A stretch of DNA of 64,000 bases from a virus. Lineage: Duplodnaviria > Caudoviricetes. The notes beneath the pieces are model-generated. The model was not told the origin of the DNA. It saw only the letters and a program-made list of their open reading frames with translations, and made no database searches. The position numbers and the translations under genes are program-made. Below are positions 7,446 to 16,599 of this stretch, piece by piece (position 1 is the stretch's first letter; each line of letters opens with the position of its first letter). The stretch lies in the IMG/VR virus record IMGVR_UViG_3300008259_002461. The stretch is one strand, 5' to 3'.

Positions 7446-8930
7446 TTAGTATACACTCACTCCGTAGTGTAGAGCAAATTCTTTTGCGTCATTTTCATTA
7501 TTAACCATTGGCTTGCCTTTGATATTGAGACTGGTGTTCAATAACATTGGACAGCCTGTGAGTTTGTACCATTCTTCTAGTAAAGATCTAAGTCCCGGAT
7601 TGTCTTGCTGAGTTACCGTTTGTACTCTACTGGTGCCGTCTGCATGCACAATAGCAGGATACAGATCTGGACGCTTGCAACGTGCTGTGAATTGCATGTA
7701 AGGCCCTACAGGCCCGTCAAAATATTCATGGGCATGTTCTGCTAATATCACAGGTGCAAACGGTCTAAACTTTTGTCTTTGCTTGATAGCGTTTACTCTA
7801 TCTTTAATGTCTGCGCCACGAGGGTCAGCAAACAAACTGCGGTTACCAAGAGCACGAGGGCCATACTCGGCCTTGCCATTTGCAACACCAACAATGCCGG
7901 TTGCTTTAAGTTCTGTAATAAGTTTTTTAACAGGGTATTCTCCTTCTATTTCATAACCTAGATAAGGTCCAGGCCAAGCTATCCAATTGTTTTGTTTAGC
8001 TAATACTGCGCCCACTGCGCTGCCTGCATCGCCCGGATTAGGCATGATCCAAACATTGTCAAAGTAATTGTAGGCTAAATGATTGGCTGCACAATTTAGA
8101 GCACATCCGCCCATTAGAACTAGATTCTTGCTAGGAGTTCTTGCGGCGGCCCAGCGTAGTATATTATCTAACACTTCTTCATAGACTCTCTGCGTTGCGG
8201 CTGCTATGTCATACATGTCCTGTTCTGTAGTCAGTTCAGGACGCCATTCTTTACAGCCTTTGTGAAAGTTTTGTGTAAAGTGTACAAAGGGATACTCGTC
8301 CTCTTTAGGAAAAAGTTCGTCCTCAAAATTAATAACGACCATTCTGCGTACTTCGTTGTAGAATCTATTTGAGTCACCGTAAGCAGCCATACCCATGAGA
8401 ATATATTCTTCTTCATTGGGTTTAAGTCCTATTCTTTGAGTCATTGCCGAATACCACAGTCCTACTGAATGCGGATACCCCTGCGTTAGAACTTTCTTAA
8501 GAACCCTGCCCTTTGCCTTCCATACTGTGAGGGTTTCCCATTCTCCAATGCTGTCCACACATACCACAGTAGCGTCCCTAAAGCCGCTAGTATAATAGCC
8601 AGCGGCAGCATGACTATGATGGTGATCAACATAGCTGATAGGAACGTTAATCCCAAAATTACTAAGATACTTTTTAATATTATTTTCTGCATAATTCCAT
8701 CCTTGTCCGGCAAAGAATTGCCTAAATGTTTTCTTTAAAGGACGCTCATACCAAACAACATTATCAGGCAGTCCATATTTTTTTGCTGCATTAATTAATT
8801 CGTGATTGAGATGCGGATCATTTTTAATTCCGCTGTATCGTTCCGCTTGACTAGCAAACACCAGATTGTTGTCATTGAACACAGCCAAAGCTGCATCGTG
8901 ACTGTTAGCACTTATACCCCATGTAATCAT
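7446..8930 (-). CDS. carbamoyltransferase (NodU/CmcH family)
   Basis: SHDAA, QAERYS, HHxSHAAAG, DSIGE, GGCALNC, GDAGSAVG, EYGPRALGNRS, FRPFAP, LLNTSLN motifs. Confidence 0.95.
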   Translation of the reverse strand: MITWGISANSHDAALAVFNDNNLVFASQAERYSGIKNDPHLNHELINAAKKYGLPDNVVWYERPLKKTFRQFFAGQGWNYAENNIKKYLSNFGINVPISYVDHHHSHAAAGYYTSGFRDATVVCVDSIGEWETLTVWKAKGRVLKKVLTQGYPHSVGLWYSAMTQRIGLKPNEEEYILMGMAAYGDSNRFYNEVRRMVVINFEDELFPKEDEYPFVHFTQNFHKGCKEWRPELTTEQDMYDIAAATQRVYEEVLDNILRWAAARTPSKNLVLMGGCALNCAANHLAYNYFDNVWIMPNPGDAGSAVGAVLAKQNNWIAWPGPYLGYEIEGEYPVKKLITELKATGIVGVANGKAEYGPRALGNRSLFADPRGADIKDRVNAIKQRQKFRPFAPVILAEHAHEYFDGPVGPYMQFTARCKRPDLYPAIVHADGTSRVQTVTQQDNPGLRSLLEEWYKLTGCPMLLNTSLNIKGKPMVNNENDAKEFALHYGVSVY

Positions 8931-9037
8931 TTGTATATGAACGGATCCCGTTTACGTAGTTCTTTTAATCTTTTACGTGTTTGTAATTTTCGATAAGGCA
9001 ACATTATAAAGTGCCAAATAATTTTTAATAAAACCAT
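8927..9037 (-). CDS. 36-aa basic peptide (…RKRDPFIYK), not in ORF track
   Basis: Translates MVLLKIIWHFIMLPYRKLQTRKRLKELRKRDPFIYK. Its stop overlaps the carbamoyltransferase ATG (ATGA) and it fills the primase-carbamoyltransferase gap. Confidence 0.65.
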   Translation of the reverse strand: MVLLKIIWHFIMLPYRKLQTRKRLKELRKRDPFIYK

Positions 9038-10020
9038 TTTTTTGCTCTCAGTCTAATTTTTAATGGAGATGTTTCTGCTGCGGTCACAATGCTGTATAGA
9101 GTATATAGTTTTCCATATTCCAGCACAGCATCATTCACATCTTTAATACCCGGCTTCCACTCCGGCATGCTTACTCCCCAACCGTATTCGATCGCTTGTT
9201 CTACTAATTTGCTACCTGCCTGATCTCGGTCTGGGAGAACTATTATATCTTTATTTAATCTGTTAATTAACAGTGCCTGTTGATCTTTGATTTCACTGCC
9301 CAATAGTGCAATGCCGTCAATGTGGATAGCATCTATAGGGCCTTCTGTTAGGATACAAAATGCTTTGTCGTATCCTTGGCTATCTAAGTTGAATACATAG
9401 CCAGGCTGTTGCTCACTTAAATATTTTGGATTTTTGTTAGGTTGAATAGTTCTAGCTGTCCAACCTACAATAGCATCTTCGTAATAGAACGGTACTATCA
9501 ATCGATCTCTATAACCCATACTAGGACTCCAATAAAACTTGTAGTCTTCAAGATATAGATTTCGGCTCTGCATATATGCAACTACATCTGTTAAATGTTT
9601 ACTTACTGAATTAGATGCAGTAAGATAATCTGCAATATTAACAGCATCGTCAGGCAAAGGTACTGCATGAAATACCGGTATGTTAACTAATTTTTGTTGA
9701 ACATTTATGCCTTCATTTTCTTGCATAACTGCAATAGCTAATTTGTTAATGGTATCATCGGGTACGCCTAACCAAACTAATAACCGTCGAAGGCCTTTGC
9801 TTACATTGCGACCTGGTTGCCAAGACGCTTTGAATCCGCAATTAAAACAATGATAGCTTACTCCGCCATCTGGATTTGCAATTAAACCGCCACGCTGTCG
9901 AGTGTCAGCACCTTGTCCATTATGATGACAACAAGGTGCGTTGAATGACGTCCAACCACTAGGCGTATGCTTACGCTTAGGCGGCAAGAATTGTGTTACA
10001 ACTTCAGCGACTTTACTCAT
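9025..10020 (-). CDS. gp61: DNA primase (T4 gp61-like)
   Basis: N-terminal Zn ribbon (APCCH…HCFNCG) and TOPRIM TEGPIDA…DRDQAG. Confidence 0.9.
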   Translation of the reverse strand: MSKVAEVVTQFLPPKRKHTPSGWTSFNAPCCHHNGQGADTRQRGGLIANPDGGVSYHCFNCGFKASWQPGRNVSKGLRRLLVWLGVPDDTINKLAIAVMQENEGINVQQKLVNIPVFHAVPLPDDAVNIADYLTASNSVSKHLTDVVAYMQSRNLYLEDYKFYWSPSMGYRDRLIVPFYYEDAIVGWTARTIQPNKNPKYLSEQQPGYVFNLDSQGYDKAFCILTEGPIDAIHIDGIALLGSEIKDQQALLINRLNKDIIVLPDRDQAGSKLVEQAIEYGWGVSMPEWKPGIKDVNDAVLEYGKLYTLYSIVTAAETSPLKIRLRAKKWFY

Positions 10021-10025
10021 ACTAT

Positions 10026-10054
10026 ATTATAGCAGATCTAGTCGTAGAAGTCAA
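10026..10054 (-). promoter_or_regulatory. sigma70-type promoter for primase operon (leaderless geometry)
   Basis: TTGACT-17 nt-TATAAT; ATG begins 5 nt after the -10 box. Confidence 0.8.
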
Positions 10055-10864
10055 TTAGTTGCGAATTAATACTTTGGTAATTTTTCCTGTAGGATTTGTA
10101 GATGCTTTAAGTCGGACGTAACTAAACACACCGTTAAAGTTTATTGGTACAGGCTCTGACTCAGTTCCGTCAAACGTCAATGTTGCAATATCTGCCCAAT
10201 ACGTTCCAACTTCAATCTGATTATCCAGCGTTGCTTGCACCGTAACAGTGCCTACATATCCGGTTGAGTATACTACTGCTGTGTGTAGTGCTTCGTTACC
10301 ATTTATTGTAGGTTGTGCATCAGATGAGTCAGTAACCCAATAATTGTTATTTTCTATGTGCCAAACTAGCAACTCTTCACTGTTTGCAGGTGCTGGAAAT
10401 GCATCTGAACTTATTTTCATAATACTGCTATTACCAAAATGTTCGTTAGCATATGTTAACGATTTTGCACCAGTGTTGTCAACTAGATAGATACTGTAGT
10501 TTAAAAATTGATCTTTAACATTTAGTAGATCGTTTTCAGTTATAGTGACTGTAAATAATCCCTTATTAGTAATAACTGTACTATCGGTTTCTTGTAGAAC
10601 AATGCAGTCTCTTTCTATTATCATATTTTTGTTTTCGTCAAATGCTACAAACTTAGGAGTAAGTTCTTCAATACTTGTGACGGGCTTTTGCTCAGCATTA
10701 AGCAACTTAAATTGTAAGACATTATCTATGCCTTTGTATACTTGTATTTGTCTTTGATACACTGGTCTATACTCCGTAACGAAAGCCCTCTCTAGCCGAG
10801 TGGGGTCCACATTGGCTATGATATTGATTCTATTATTGACTAAATATCTTGGGGTAAACTGCAT
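10055..10864 (-). CDS. hypothetical, probably late/virion beta-rich protein
   Basis: 269-aa ORF with TAAATA 4 nt upstream; beta-strand-rich, BppU-like N-half. Confidence 0.7.
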   Translation of the reverse strand: MQFTPRYLVNNRINIIANVDPTRLERAFVTEYRPVYQRQIQVYKGIDNVLQFKLLNAEQKPVTSIEELTPKFVAFDENKNMIIERDCIVLQETDSTVITNKGLFTVTITENDLLNVKDQFLNYSIYLVDNTGAKSLTYANEHFGNSSIMKISSDAFPAPANSEELLVWHIENNNYWVTDSSDAQPTINGNEALHTAVVYSTGYVGTVTVQATLDNQIEVGTYWADIATLTFDGTESEPVPINFNGVFSYVRLKASTNPTGKITKVLIRN

Positions 10865-10882
10865 ACACTATTTATCGAGAAC

Positions 10883-11254
10883 ATGCTAACTAAAGATATA
10901 CAAGAAAACTTTCCATTTATAAGCGTTGTTAATTACGGCGGCAACGAATACGTTGGTATTATAATTAATCAAGACCAGTATGTAACGTCTATGTACGTTT
11001 ACACGTCAATTCGTTCTGTTGAAGAAAAACAACAGTTTATTGAATTAGGCGAAGCATGGTGGTGGGAATCAAATCGTATGATTCCTATTAATATATTTCT
11101 CAGACAGGAAATGGATGCGTTTCGTTATTCATTAATGACTATGAATACTAAAGATGTTAGGGTAACAATAGGACCCTGTGTTAATCTTAATAATCTAACA
11201 CTAAAGCGAGTAAAGCGCAAAAACGTACAGTTAGTTAGGCGTCCGAAGCGTTAA
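10883..11254 (+). CDS. conserved hypothetical protein
   Basis: 123-aa ORF (WWWESNRMIPINIFL); TAAATA at 10841-10846. Confidence 0.7.
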   Translation: MLTKDIQENFPFISVVNYGGNEYVGIIINQDQYVTSMYVYTSIRSVEEKQQFIELGEAWWWESNRMIPINIFLRQEMDAFRYSLMTMNTKDVRVTIGPCVNLNNLTLKRVKRKNVQLVRRPKR

Positions 11255-11801
11255 GCTGCTCACACAGTAAATTCATGTGTACAACAACAGCCATTGCATA
11301 ACTTACTGCATGGGCCTTCTTAAAGTAGTATTCATCATTCTCCGGCTTCTTCCAAATCTCCGACATAATTGTCGTCCACGATTTCCCAATCAGATATCGT
11401 TTCGCTGGGCGTATCATAGCTAGGACGGCAGCTAATTGTTCCAGTGAAGTAGGGCAGGTCTTCCTCAGAATTTCCCCATGGCCTGCTAAATGAAATAATA
11501 GATTTACGAATTCGTCTTCCTGCAATAAATTCCATAATGGCTCCTTTTTCATTAAAGCAACTAAATGTTCTTCATCACGAATACTTTTATATATGCTTAC
11601 GTTTAGAAAATCAAGTTTAAAATATCCACGTTCTTCTGCCTCTTTGTAATCTATCGTAGATAGATTATCAATTGGATTGTGTGGAATTTCAGTAACATAG
11701 ACTCCTGTGTTGTGTTTCTTGTTTGAATCAAGTTTAGCAACACGATGTTTTAATTTATCCAAAATTAAAGTTCTGTCAGCAAAGTCTATGTCAATATCCA
11801 T
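11235..11801 (-). CDS. minimal DNA polymerase III alpha (DnaE/family C) palm-fingers fragment
   Basis: DIDIDF, KHNTGVYV, FKLDFL, LAMIRP and YFKKAHAVSYA align in order to DnaE DFDVDF, HAGGVVI, KFDFL, ALFRPG and FNKSHSAAY. Confidence 0.8.
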   Translation of the reverse strand: MDIDIDFADRTLILDKLKHRVAKLDSNKKHNTGVYVTEIPHNPIDNLSTIDYKEAEERGYFKLDFLNVSIYKSIRDEEHLVALMKKEPLWNLLQEDEFVNLLFHLAGHGEILRKTCPTSLEQLAAVLAMIRPAKRYLIGKSWTTIMSEIWKKPENDEYYFKKAHAVSYAMAVVVHMNLLCEQLNASDA

Positions 11802-12214
11802 CAGAGTTTACCTTCAGCCCTAAGTTGTGCTCTAATCTGTGTAGCACTAATGTTATGGATGTCTTCTCCAAGATCGTGCTGAGTAAATGTATAACCAACG
11901 CCTCGGCCATAACTAATATCTACAATGTTAGGAACTAACATTATAATATATTCTTCTCCGTAGGTAAAGCCTGCTTCATTTAGCCCAATAATAATATTGC
12001 TTTTTACTGTTTGAAAATCAAATGGATTGTCGTCTTGCTTGGTTGTGGTTCTGCTTTGTCCCGCATCCTGGCCAACAATACCGCCGACGTCTCGGACCAT
12101 AATGCAGACCTGTCCAGTTTCTAATAGACATTTCTTAAACAGTCCTGTATGACCGGCATGCCAAGGTTGCCAACGGCCTAGCATCTGTGTAGTAGGTTTT
12201 TTTGAATCAAACAT
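11801..12214 (-). CDS. HxGH nucleotidyltransferase (cytidylyl/adenylyltransferase-like)
   Basis: LGRWQPWHAGH signature and C-terminal ISATQIR. Confidence 0.85.
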   Translation of the reverse strand: MFDSKKPTTQMLGRWQPWHAGHTGLFKKCLLETGQVCIMVRDVGGIVGQDAGQSRTTTKQDDNPFDFQTVKSNIIIGLNEAGFTYGEEYIIMLVPNIVDISYGRGVGYTFTQHDLGEDIHNISATQIRAQLRAEGKL

Positions 12215-12413
12215 TATTTCTTTCCCATTTAATTAAGTTCCATATTCTTTCGTGCATATAATACAGTATTGTATTAATAACCATCTGTGTCATTCCAATT
12301 ACACCTGAAATTGCTAAATTACCTGTCAGTAAGTATGCTATTAAAAATGTTGCAGTTGATCCTGTTATTCGCCATGTAACAGTCTTAACAATACTTCTTT
12401 TATTTGTTTCCAT
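12207..12413 (-). CDS. DUF2061-like small membrane protein
   Basis: RSIVKTVTWRITGS…LYYMHERIW pattern. Confidence 0.8.
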   Translation of the reverse strand: METNKRSIVKTVTWRITGSTATFLIAYLLTGNLAISGVIGMTQMVINTILYYMHERIWNLIKWERNNV

Positions 12414-12825
12414 TTTTCATGTACGCTTTTACAACTTCCATTAGCTGTAGGTGTGTGTCTGTAAACCATTTGCTAACGTGATAGTTGCAATGATTAGGTT
12501 TTTCAAACATCTTATTAGTATCTTCATATCTACCCTTTTCAATAGTGTCCATCCATACAGTAAAGTCTGCATTGAATTCTTTGCGAGCGTTCTCAGTAGG
12601 ACATACAAAATCTGCTACAGCAATCTTGCCCGCCTTGACTACACCGTCTGCTAAAAATTTCATTCGCATAGCTTGCCGCATACGGCCTTCGGGACTAAAA
12701 TCCCAATCGTCGTATTCTGTTCGAACAGCATCGGCATTGAGCCATATACCGCCAATTAATTGTGCGAATGGTTCTGCAAGGGTGCTTTTACCGCTGCCTG
12801 GCAAACCAAAAATTAATATTTTCAT
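12400..12825 (-). CDS. cysC: adenylylsulfate (APS) kinase-like P-loop kinase, short form
   Basis: GLPGSGKSTLA, LNADAVR, AVADFVCP, KMFEKP. Confidence 0.75.
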   Translation of the reverse strand: MKILIFGLPGSGKSTLAEPFAQLIGGIWLNADAVRTEYDDWDFSPEGRMRQAMRMKFLADGVVKAGKIAVADFVCPTENARKEFNADFTVWMDTIEKGRYEDTNKMFEKPNHCNYHVSKWFTDTHLQLMEVVKAYMKNGNK

Positions 12826-13511
12826 AGATTACTTTCTTTCGTTATTTCTTTGACAAGCTCAACATCTGCTGGACTTTTTCTAAAACGCATAGCCCAATGT
12901 TCTGGACTCATAATATGGTATACTAGTGATAACTGTTCATCGTTAAATTTACTTAGCATGTCCTTACCAGTCTTGGAATTCAATATGAGCCAAGGACTAA
13001 TCTTTCCATCTTTGATGTGCCATACTGCTCGATTTAACCCTACATGTTGAAAGTAGTGATTCCAAGGTGCAGGAGGGTTTTCGTCTGCCCATTCCATCAT
13101 TGTGGTAATTGATCTTTCTAGCGCAGTCTCTACGCCTTCTTTCATTATTAAATCAATTGCATATGCTTCATATAAAGATTCTTTACACCAGTCGTCTAGT
13201 CTAACTCCACTCTTTACAATGTAATTAACATACTTTTCAGGATACAGTGGTTTTACATTACTTAGAAAACTACCGAATTTTACAAACGCATTATAGTATG
13301 AACTTTTACAAAACTCTTCATAGGTCTTGTCTTTTTTAGAACCAGCACTAAGTTTGTAAAATTGATTAAACGCATAAAAACCTAGCTGTACTCTTTTTTC
13401 AGATCTCTGTAGATGCCTACGTTTTTGCTCACACATGTGTACAGCCAAAGTTTTTTCTTTGGTATATCCTGTTCCACAGTACTCGCATACATAGGGTTTA
13501 GAGTTCGACAT
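12822..13511 (-). CDS. hypothetical protein with N-terminal C2H2-type zinc finger
   Basis: CEYC…AVHMC; start placed at MSNSKPY (13511). Confidence 0.7.
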   Translation of the reverse strand: MSNSKPYVCEYCGTGYTKEKTLAVHMCEQKRRHLQRSEKRVQLGFYAFNQFYKLSAGSKKDKTYEEFCKSSYYNAFVKFGSFLSNVKPLYPEKYVNYIVKSGVRLDDWCKESLYEAYAIDLIMKEGVETALERSITTMMEWADENPPAPWNHYFQHVGLNRAVWHIKDGKISPWLILNSKTGKDMLSKFNDEQLSLVYHIMSPEHWAMRFRKSPADVELVKEITKESNL

Positions 13512-13959
13512 CTTTTTTATCCAACCCGTATTCGTCTGCAAGGGCAAGGAGTTCTTTTTTTGTAGATATTCTAGCAAGTAATTCTACCTCATCTGTTTTC
13601 ATGTTAGGATAAATTTGTTGTAAGAGCTTAACACTTTTAGAATTGCTTTGACCTTTTTGTTTAAAGCCAATCCATTCATGGTACTCAATTTTACCAGTGT
13701 TACCTGCTACACACATCAGCTGCCATTGCAGTTTAGGATGCTTGGTGCCTAGCACACTAAAGTTTTTATTATAATACTCATTAGTTTTAAACACAGCAAG
13801 TTCTTGTTTTTCTCTAGGTCCTTTAACTGCGCTAACATATCTATTCAGCAGCCAAAAACTAATCTGTTTACGTTCTTCTGGAGACAGCTCATCCCAAACG
13901 GATTTGCCGTTCATGTCAATGGCTGCTAGTATATCTTTTAATGGTAATTTATCACTCAT
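13498..13959 (-). CDS. putative clamp-loader small subunit (gp62-like)
   Basis: Size and the LKDILAAID…FWLLNRYVS pattern resemble gp62-type proteins; replication-module context. Confidence 0.55.
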   Translation of the reverse strand: MSDKLPLKDILAAIDMNGKSVWDELSPEERKQISFWLLNRYVSAVKGPREKQELAVFKTNEYYNKNFSVLGTKHPKLQWQLMCVAGNTGKIEYHEWIGFKQKGQSNSKSVKLLQQIYPNMKTDEVELLARISTKKELLALADEYGLDKKDVEL

Positions 13960-13965
13960 AACTAT

Positions 13966-13995
13966 ATTATACTATATGTTGCATTATAATGTCAA
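13966..13995 (-). promoter_or_regulatory. sigma70-type promoter (leaderless geometry)
   Basis: TTGACA-18 nt-TATAAT; ATG 6 nt downstream. Confidence 0.75.
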
Positions 13996-14007
13996 ATAAT
14001 TGTAGGA

Positions 14008-14271
14008 TCATTTTATTTCTTTTATAGTGTAGTAAGTCACTATTAACTTATCTAAAAGTTTTTTGAGGGTAGGATATTCTAAAGAAAGTTCACATAACTC
14101 TTTCCATTCAGAATAAGATATTAAGTCGCCTTGAGCATGAACTACACTACTTGGGTCTCCGCCTATAATCCATCTAGGTTCTACATTGTGAGGCGGATCT
14201 CTATAACGTGCATACACTACGCCATCAGAACGTTCATATATTAACGCTTGACCTTGAATTAATTTACCCAC
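14008..14271 (-). CDS. hypothetical protein
   Basis: Likely GTG start at 14271 overlapping the cupin stop; LIYERSDGVVYARY…RWIIG. Confidence 0.6.
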   Translation of the reverse strand: MGKLIQGQALIYERSDGVVYARYRDPPHNVEPRWIIGGDPSSVVHAQGDLISYSEWKELCELSLEYPTLKKLLDKLIVTYYTIKEIK

Positions 14272-14617
14272 TTTTAGATCCTGATGTGCGTCGAACAATA
14301 TCATTGTGATTAAATTCTGCCCAATACAATTCAAATGCAATACCGTCTTCGATGCCTTCGAACTGATGAAATTTGCCTGGTTTAATTTGTGTAAAATCTC
14401 CCGGTCCTAGAATTGTTTCGTCAACTAGTCCTTGATCGTCTTGCCATACTCGTACTAGCATTTTGCCCGACTCTACAAAAAACCCGTTCCATTTGTATTC
14501 ATGCTGGTGTTCAGAACATTTATAGTTTGCACGAAACTCAATGCGATGAAATTCTAGTACACCATTAGCGTGAATTAATTCTGTTTGTCCCCAAACTTTT
14601 CCTGCTTTAATAGACAT
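14264..14617 (-). CDS. cupin-domain protein (sugar isomerase-like)
   Basis: KVWG, CSEHQH…FFVESG and GKFHQF cupin motifs. Confidence 0.8.
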   Translation of the reverse strand: MSIKAGKVWGQTELIHANGVLEFHRIEFRANYKCSEHQHEYKWNGFFVESGKMLVRVWQDDQGLVDETILGPGDFTQIKPGKFHQFEGIEDGIAFELYWAEFNHNDIVRRTSGSKSG

Positions 14618-14625
14618 ATTATTCC

Positions 14626-15132
14626 TTACATTAAATTAGTATAATCAATTAGTTCACTCTGTCTTGATATTTCTTTAACAAAGAATGCACACAGTGGTGC
14701 TGGGCCTGTAGTGATAGGTACACTTAATAGTTGTCCGTTACGCATCTTTGGAAAGTACCATTTAACGTCGTTATAAAAATTAACAACTTTTATAGTGCCA
14801 AATTCAAATTTAAAACTGCTTAATGGATTAAACAAGAACGATTGAAATCCTCTATCGTTTATACTTGTTAGTGGCAATACTTCTAAATCATTTCCGCACT
14901 CACTATCTCCTACTGCAACACTCCAATCAATAGGCATAGTTATTTCATGTCCGTTAATTTCTAGTACCATTGCAGGTGCATTAAACGATTCTATAAAGAT
15001 TAAAGGCACAAAGAAAAAATCAGGATTTTTAGGATCCGAATTATCTAGCACACTAAATCGTATATCGTCTTCTATTTCATTTGGTAAATTATTCATTGAA
15101 AAACAATGATTGTCAAGCGTTAGTATTCTCAT
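14626..15132 (-). CDS. conserved hypothetical protein
   Basis: 168-aa ORF in operon after uvsW. Confidence 0.7.
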   Translation of the reverse strand: MRILTLDNHCFSMNNLPNEIEDDIRFSVLDNSDPKNPDFFFVPLIFIESFNAPAMVLEINGHEITMPIDWSVAVGDSECGNDLEVLPLTSINDRGFQSFLFNPLSSFKFEFGTIKVVNFYNDVKWYFPKMRNGQLLSVPITTGPAPLCAFFVKEISRQSELIDYTNLM

Positions 15133-15135
15133 ATT

Positions 15136-16599
15136 TTAGTTCCAGTCAATTTTTTCTATAGTAAATGGGTATTGGGCTTCTTTATAAAACTTTTTTCTTT
15201 CTGTCAAGTGTTTCTTCGCATACTTGCAGCTCGATGTGATGTCCCAGATTTGTACGAAGTCTTTGTCTTCAGCTTTTCGCACACCTCGTCCAATACTTTG
15301 GATAACTCTAACAAAGCTCTTTCCGGGCTCCAAAAGAACCAAATTAAAAATACGAGGAATATTAATACCCACAGCGGCCACACCATAAGTCGCCACAATA
15401 ACCTTATCAGTAGATTCTTTAATTTCGTCATAATGTTCTTTCCTGTCATTTAATTTTACTCCGCCACTGATAAAAACACTATTAGGTATTAGTTCTACTA
15501 ATTGTTTTCCTGCATCAATTCTATCAACTAGGATCAGCGTATTGCCACTGTCTTTAATTTTAGTACATAGTTTGGCAATATAAGCTATTCTGTCTTTGTC
15601 TGAGACTAGATATTTGAGCTCGCTTTGATAATCGCGAAACTCTGGTAAATCTATAAGTTGACAAATATTCACATGGCACTGTGCTAGTACGCCTTTGTCT
15701 TGTAGTTCTTTTGCTGTAATCTGCCCTATCACTGGGCCAATACTAGCATGCAGTGATTCAAATTCAAATTTTTCTTTAGGCACTGTGCCGGTTAATCCCC
15801 AGCGAATAGGTGCATTACGTAGATTGCGTGTAAGTAAGTTTTTAAGAACTTCTGCTTTAGCTTGATGAACTTCGTCAATAATTACACAGCTTACACCTTC
15901 TAAGAATTCTGCTAGTCCTAGAACGCCACTGCCGTCTTTAAATTTCTTATCTAATATGTTTAGACTTTGCCATGTGCATATAGTATGTGTCTTGCCTAAT
16001 TCTTTTCTATCACCAAAGTATACCCCAACATTAAGACCGCAGTTCTTATAGTCTTCTTCTGTTTGTGTTACAAGACTCTTGTTAGGTACAATTACTAAAC
16101 TACGTCCATAAGGTTCAACCAAGTGACTTAATGTTGCTGTAGTAATAGTTTTGCCTGCACCTGTTGCAATCTGTTGCAAACTCTGCGGATTGGCAAGAAA
16201 ACTGTTAATTGCTTCTACTTGATAGTCTCTTAAAACTATTGGTTGACCTGCGGCAGGATGACCTACTGGCCAGCACACATTTTGATCGGCCCAATAATTT
16301 TCAGTTACTGGTTCAAAATTAAGTGCTATAGTTTGTCTTAGGTCTTCAATGTGGGCAATTTCAACGCCGCTGTTATTCAATATTTCTAATATAGTTTCTA
16401 GATGATTAACGTATCCAGTACCGCCTATACCAAAGAACGCAACTTTGCCGTCCCATCTGCCTAACTTATATTGCGGCATATATCTAGCATAGGGTACATC
16501 GAATTTTAAAGCATTAGCTAACTTTCTACGTATTTCAACGGATAAGCCTTCTATTTTTAAATTTACTTCATCTTCGATAATTAATTTACAAGTTGTCAT
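15136..16599 (-). CDS. uvsW: UvsW-like SF2 DNA helicase
   Basis: LRDYQ, ATGAGKT, IIDEVH, LTGT, QSIGRGVR. Confidence 0.92.
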   Translation of the reverse strand: MTTCKLIIEDEVNLKIEGLSVEIRRKLANALKFDVPYARYMPQYKLGRWDGKVAFFGIGGTGYVNHLETILEILNNSGVEIAHIEDLRQTIALNFEPVTENYWADQNVCWPVGHPAAGQPIVLRDYQVEAINSFLANPQSLQQIATGAGKTITTATLSHLVEPYGRSLVIVPNKSLVTQTEEDYKNCGLNVGVYFGDRKELGKTHTICTWQSLNILDKKFKDGSGVLGLAEFLEGVSCVIIDEVHQAKAEVLKNLLTRNLRNAPIRWGLTGTVPKEKFEFESLHASIGPVIGQITAKELQDKGVLAQCHVNICQLIDLPEFRDYQSELKYLVSDKDRIAYIAKLCTKIKDSGNTLILVDRIDAGKQLVELIPNSVFISGGVKLNDRKEHYDEIKESTDKVIVATYGVAAVGINIPRIFNLVLLEPGKSFVRVIQSIGRGVRKAEDKDFVQIWDITSSCKYAKKHLTERKKFYKEAQYPFTIEKIDWN

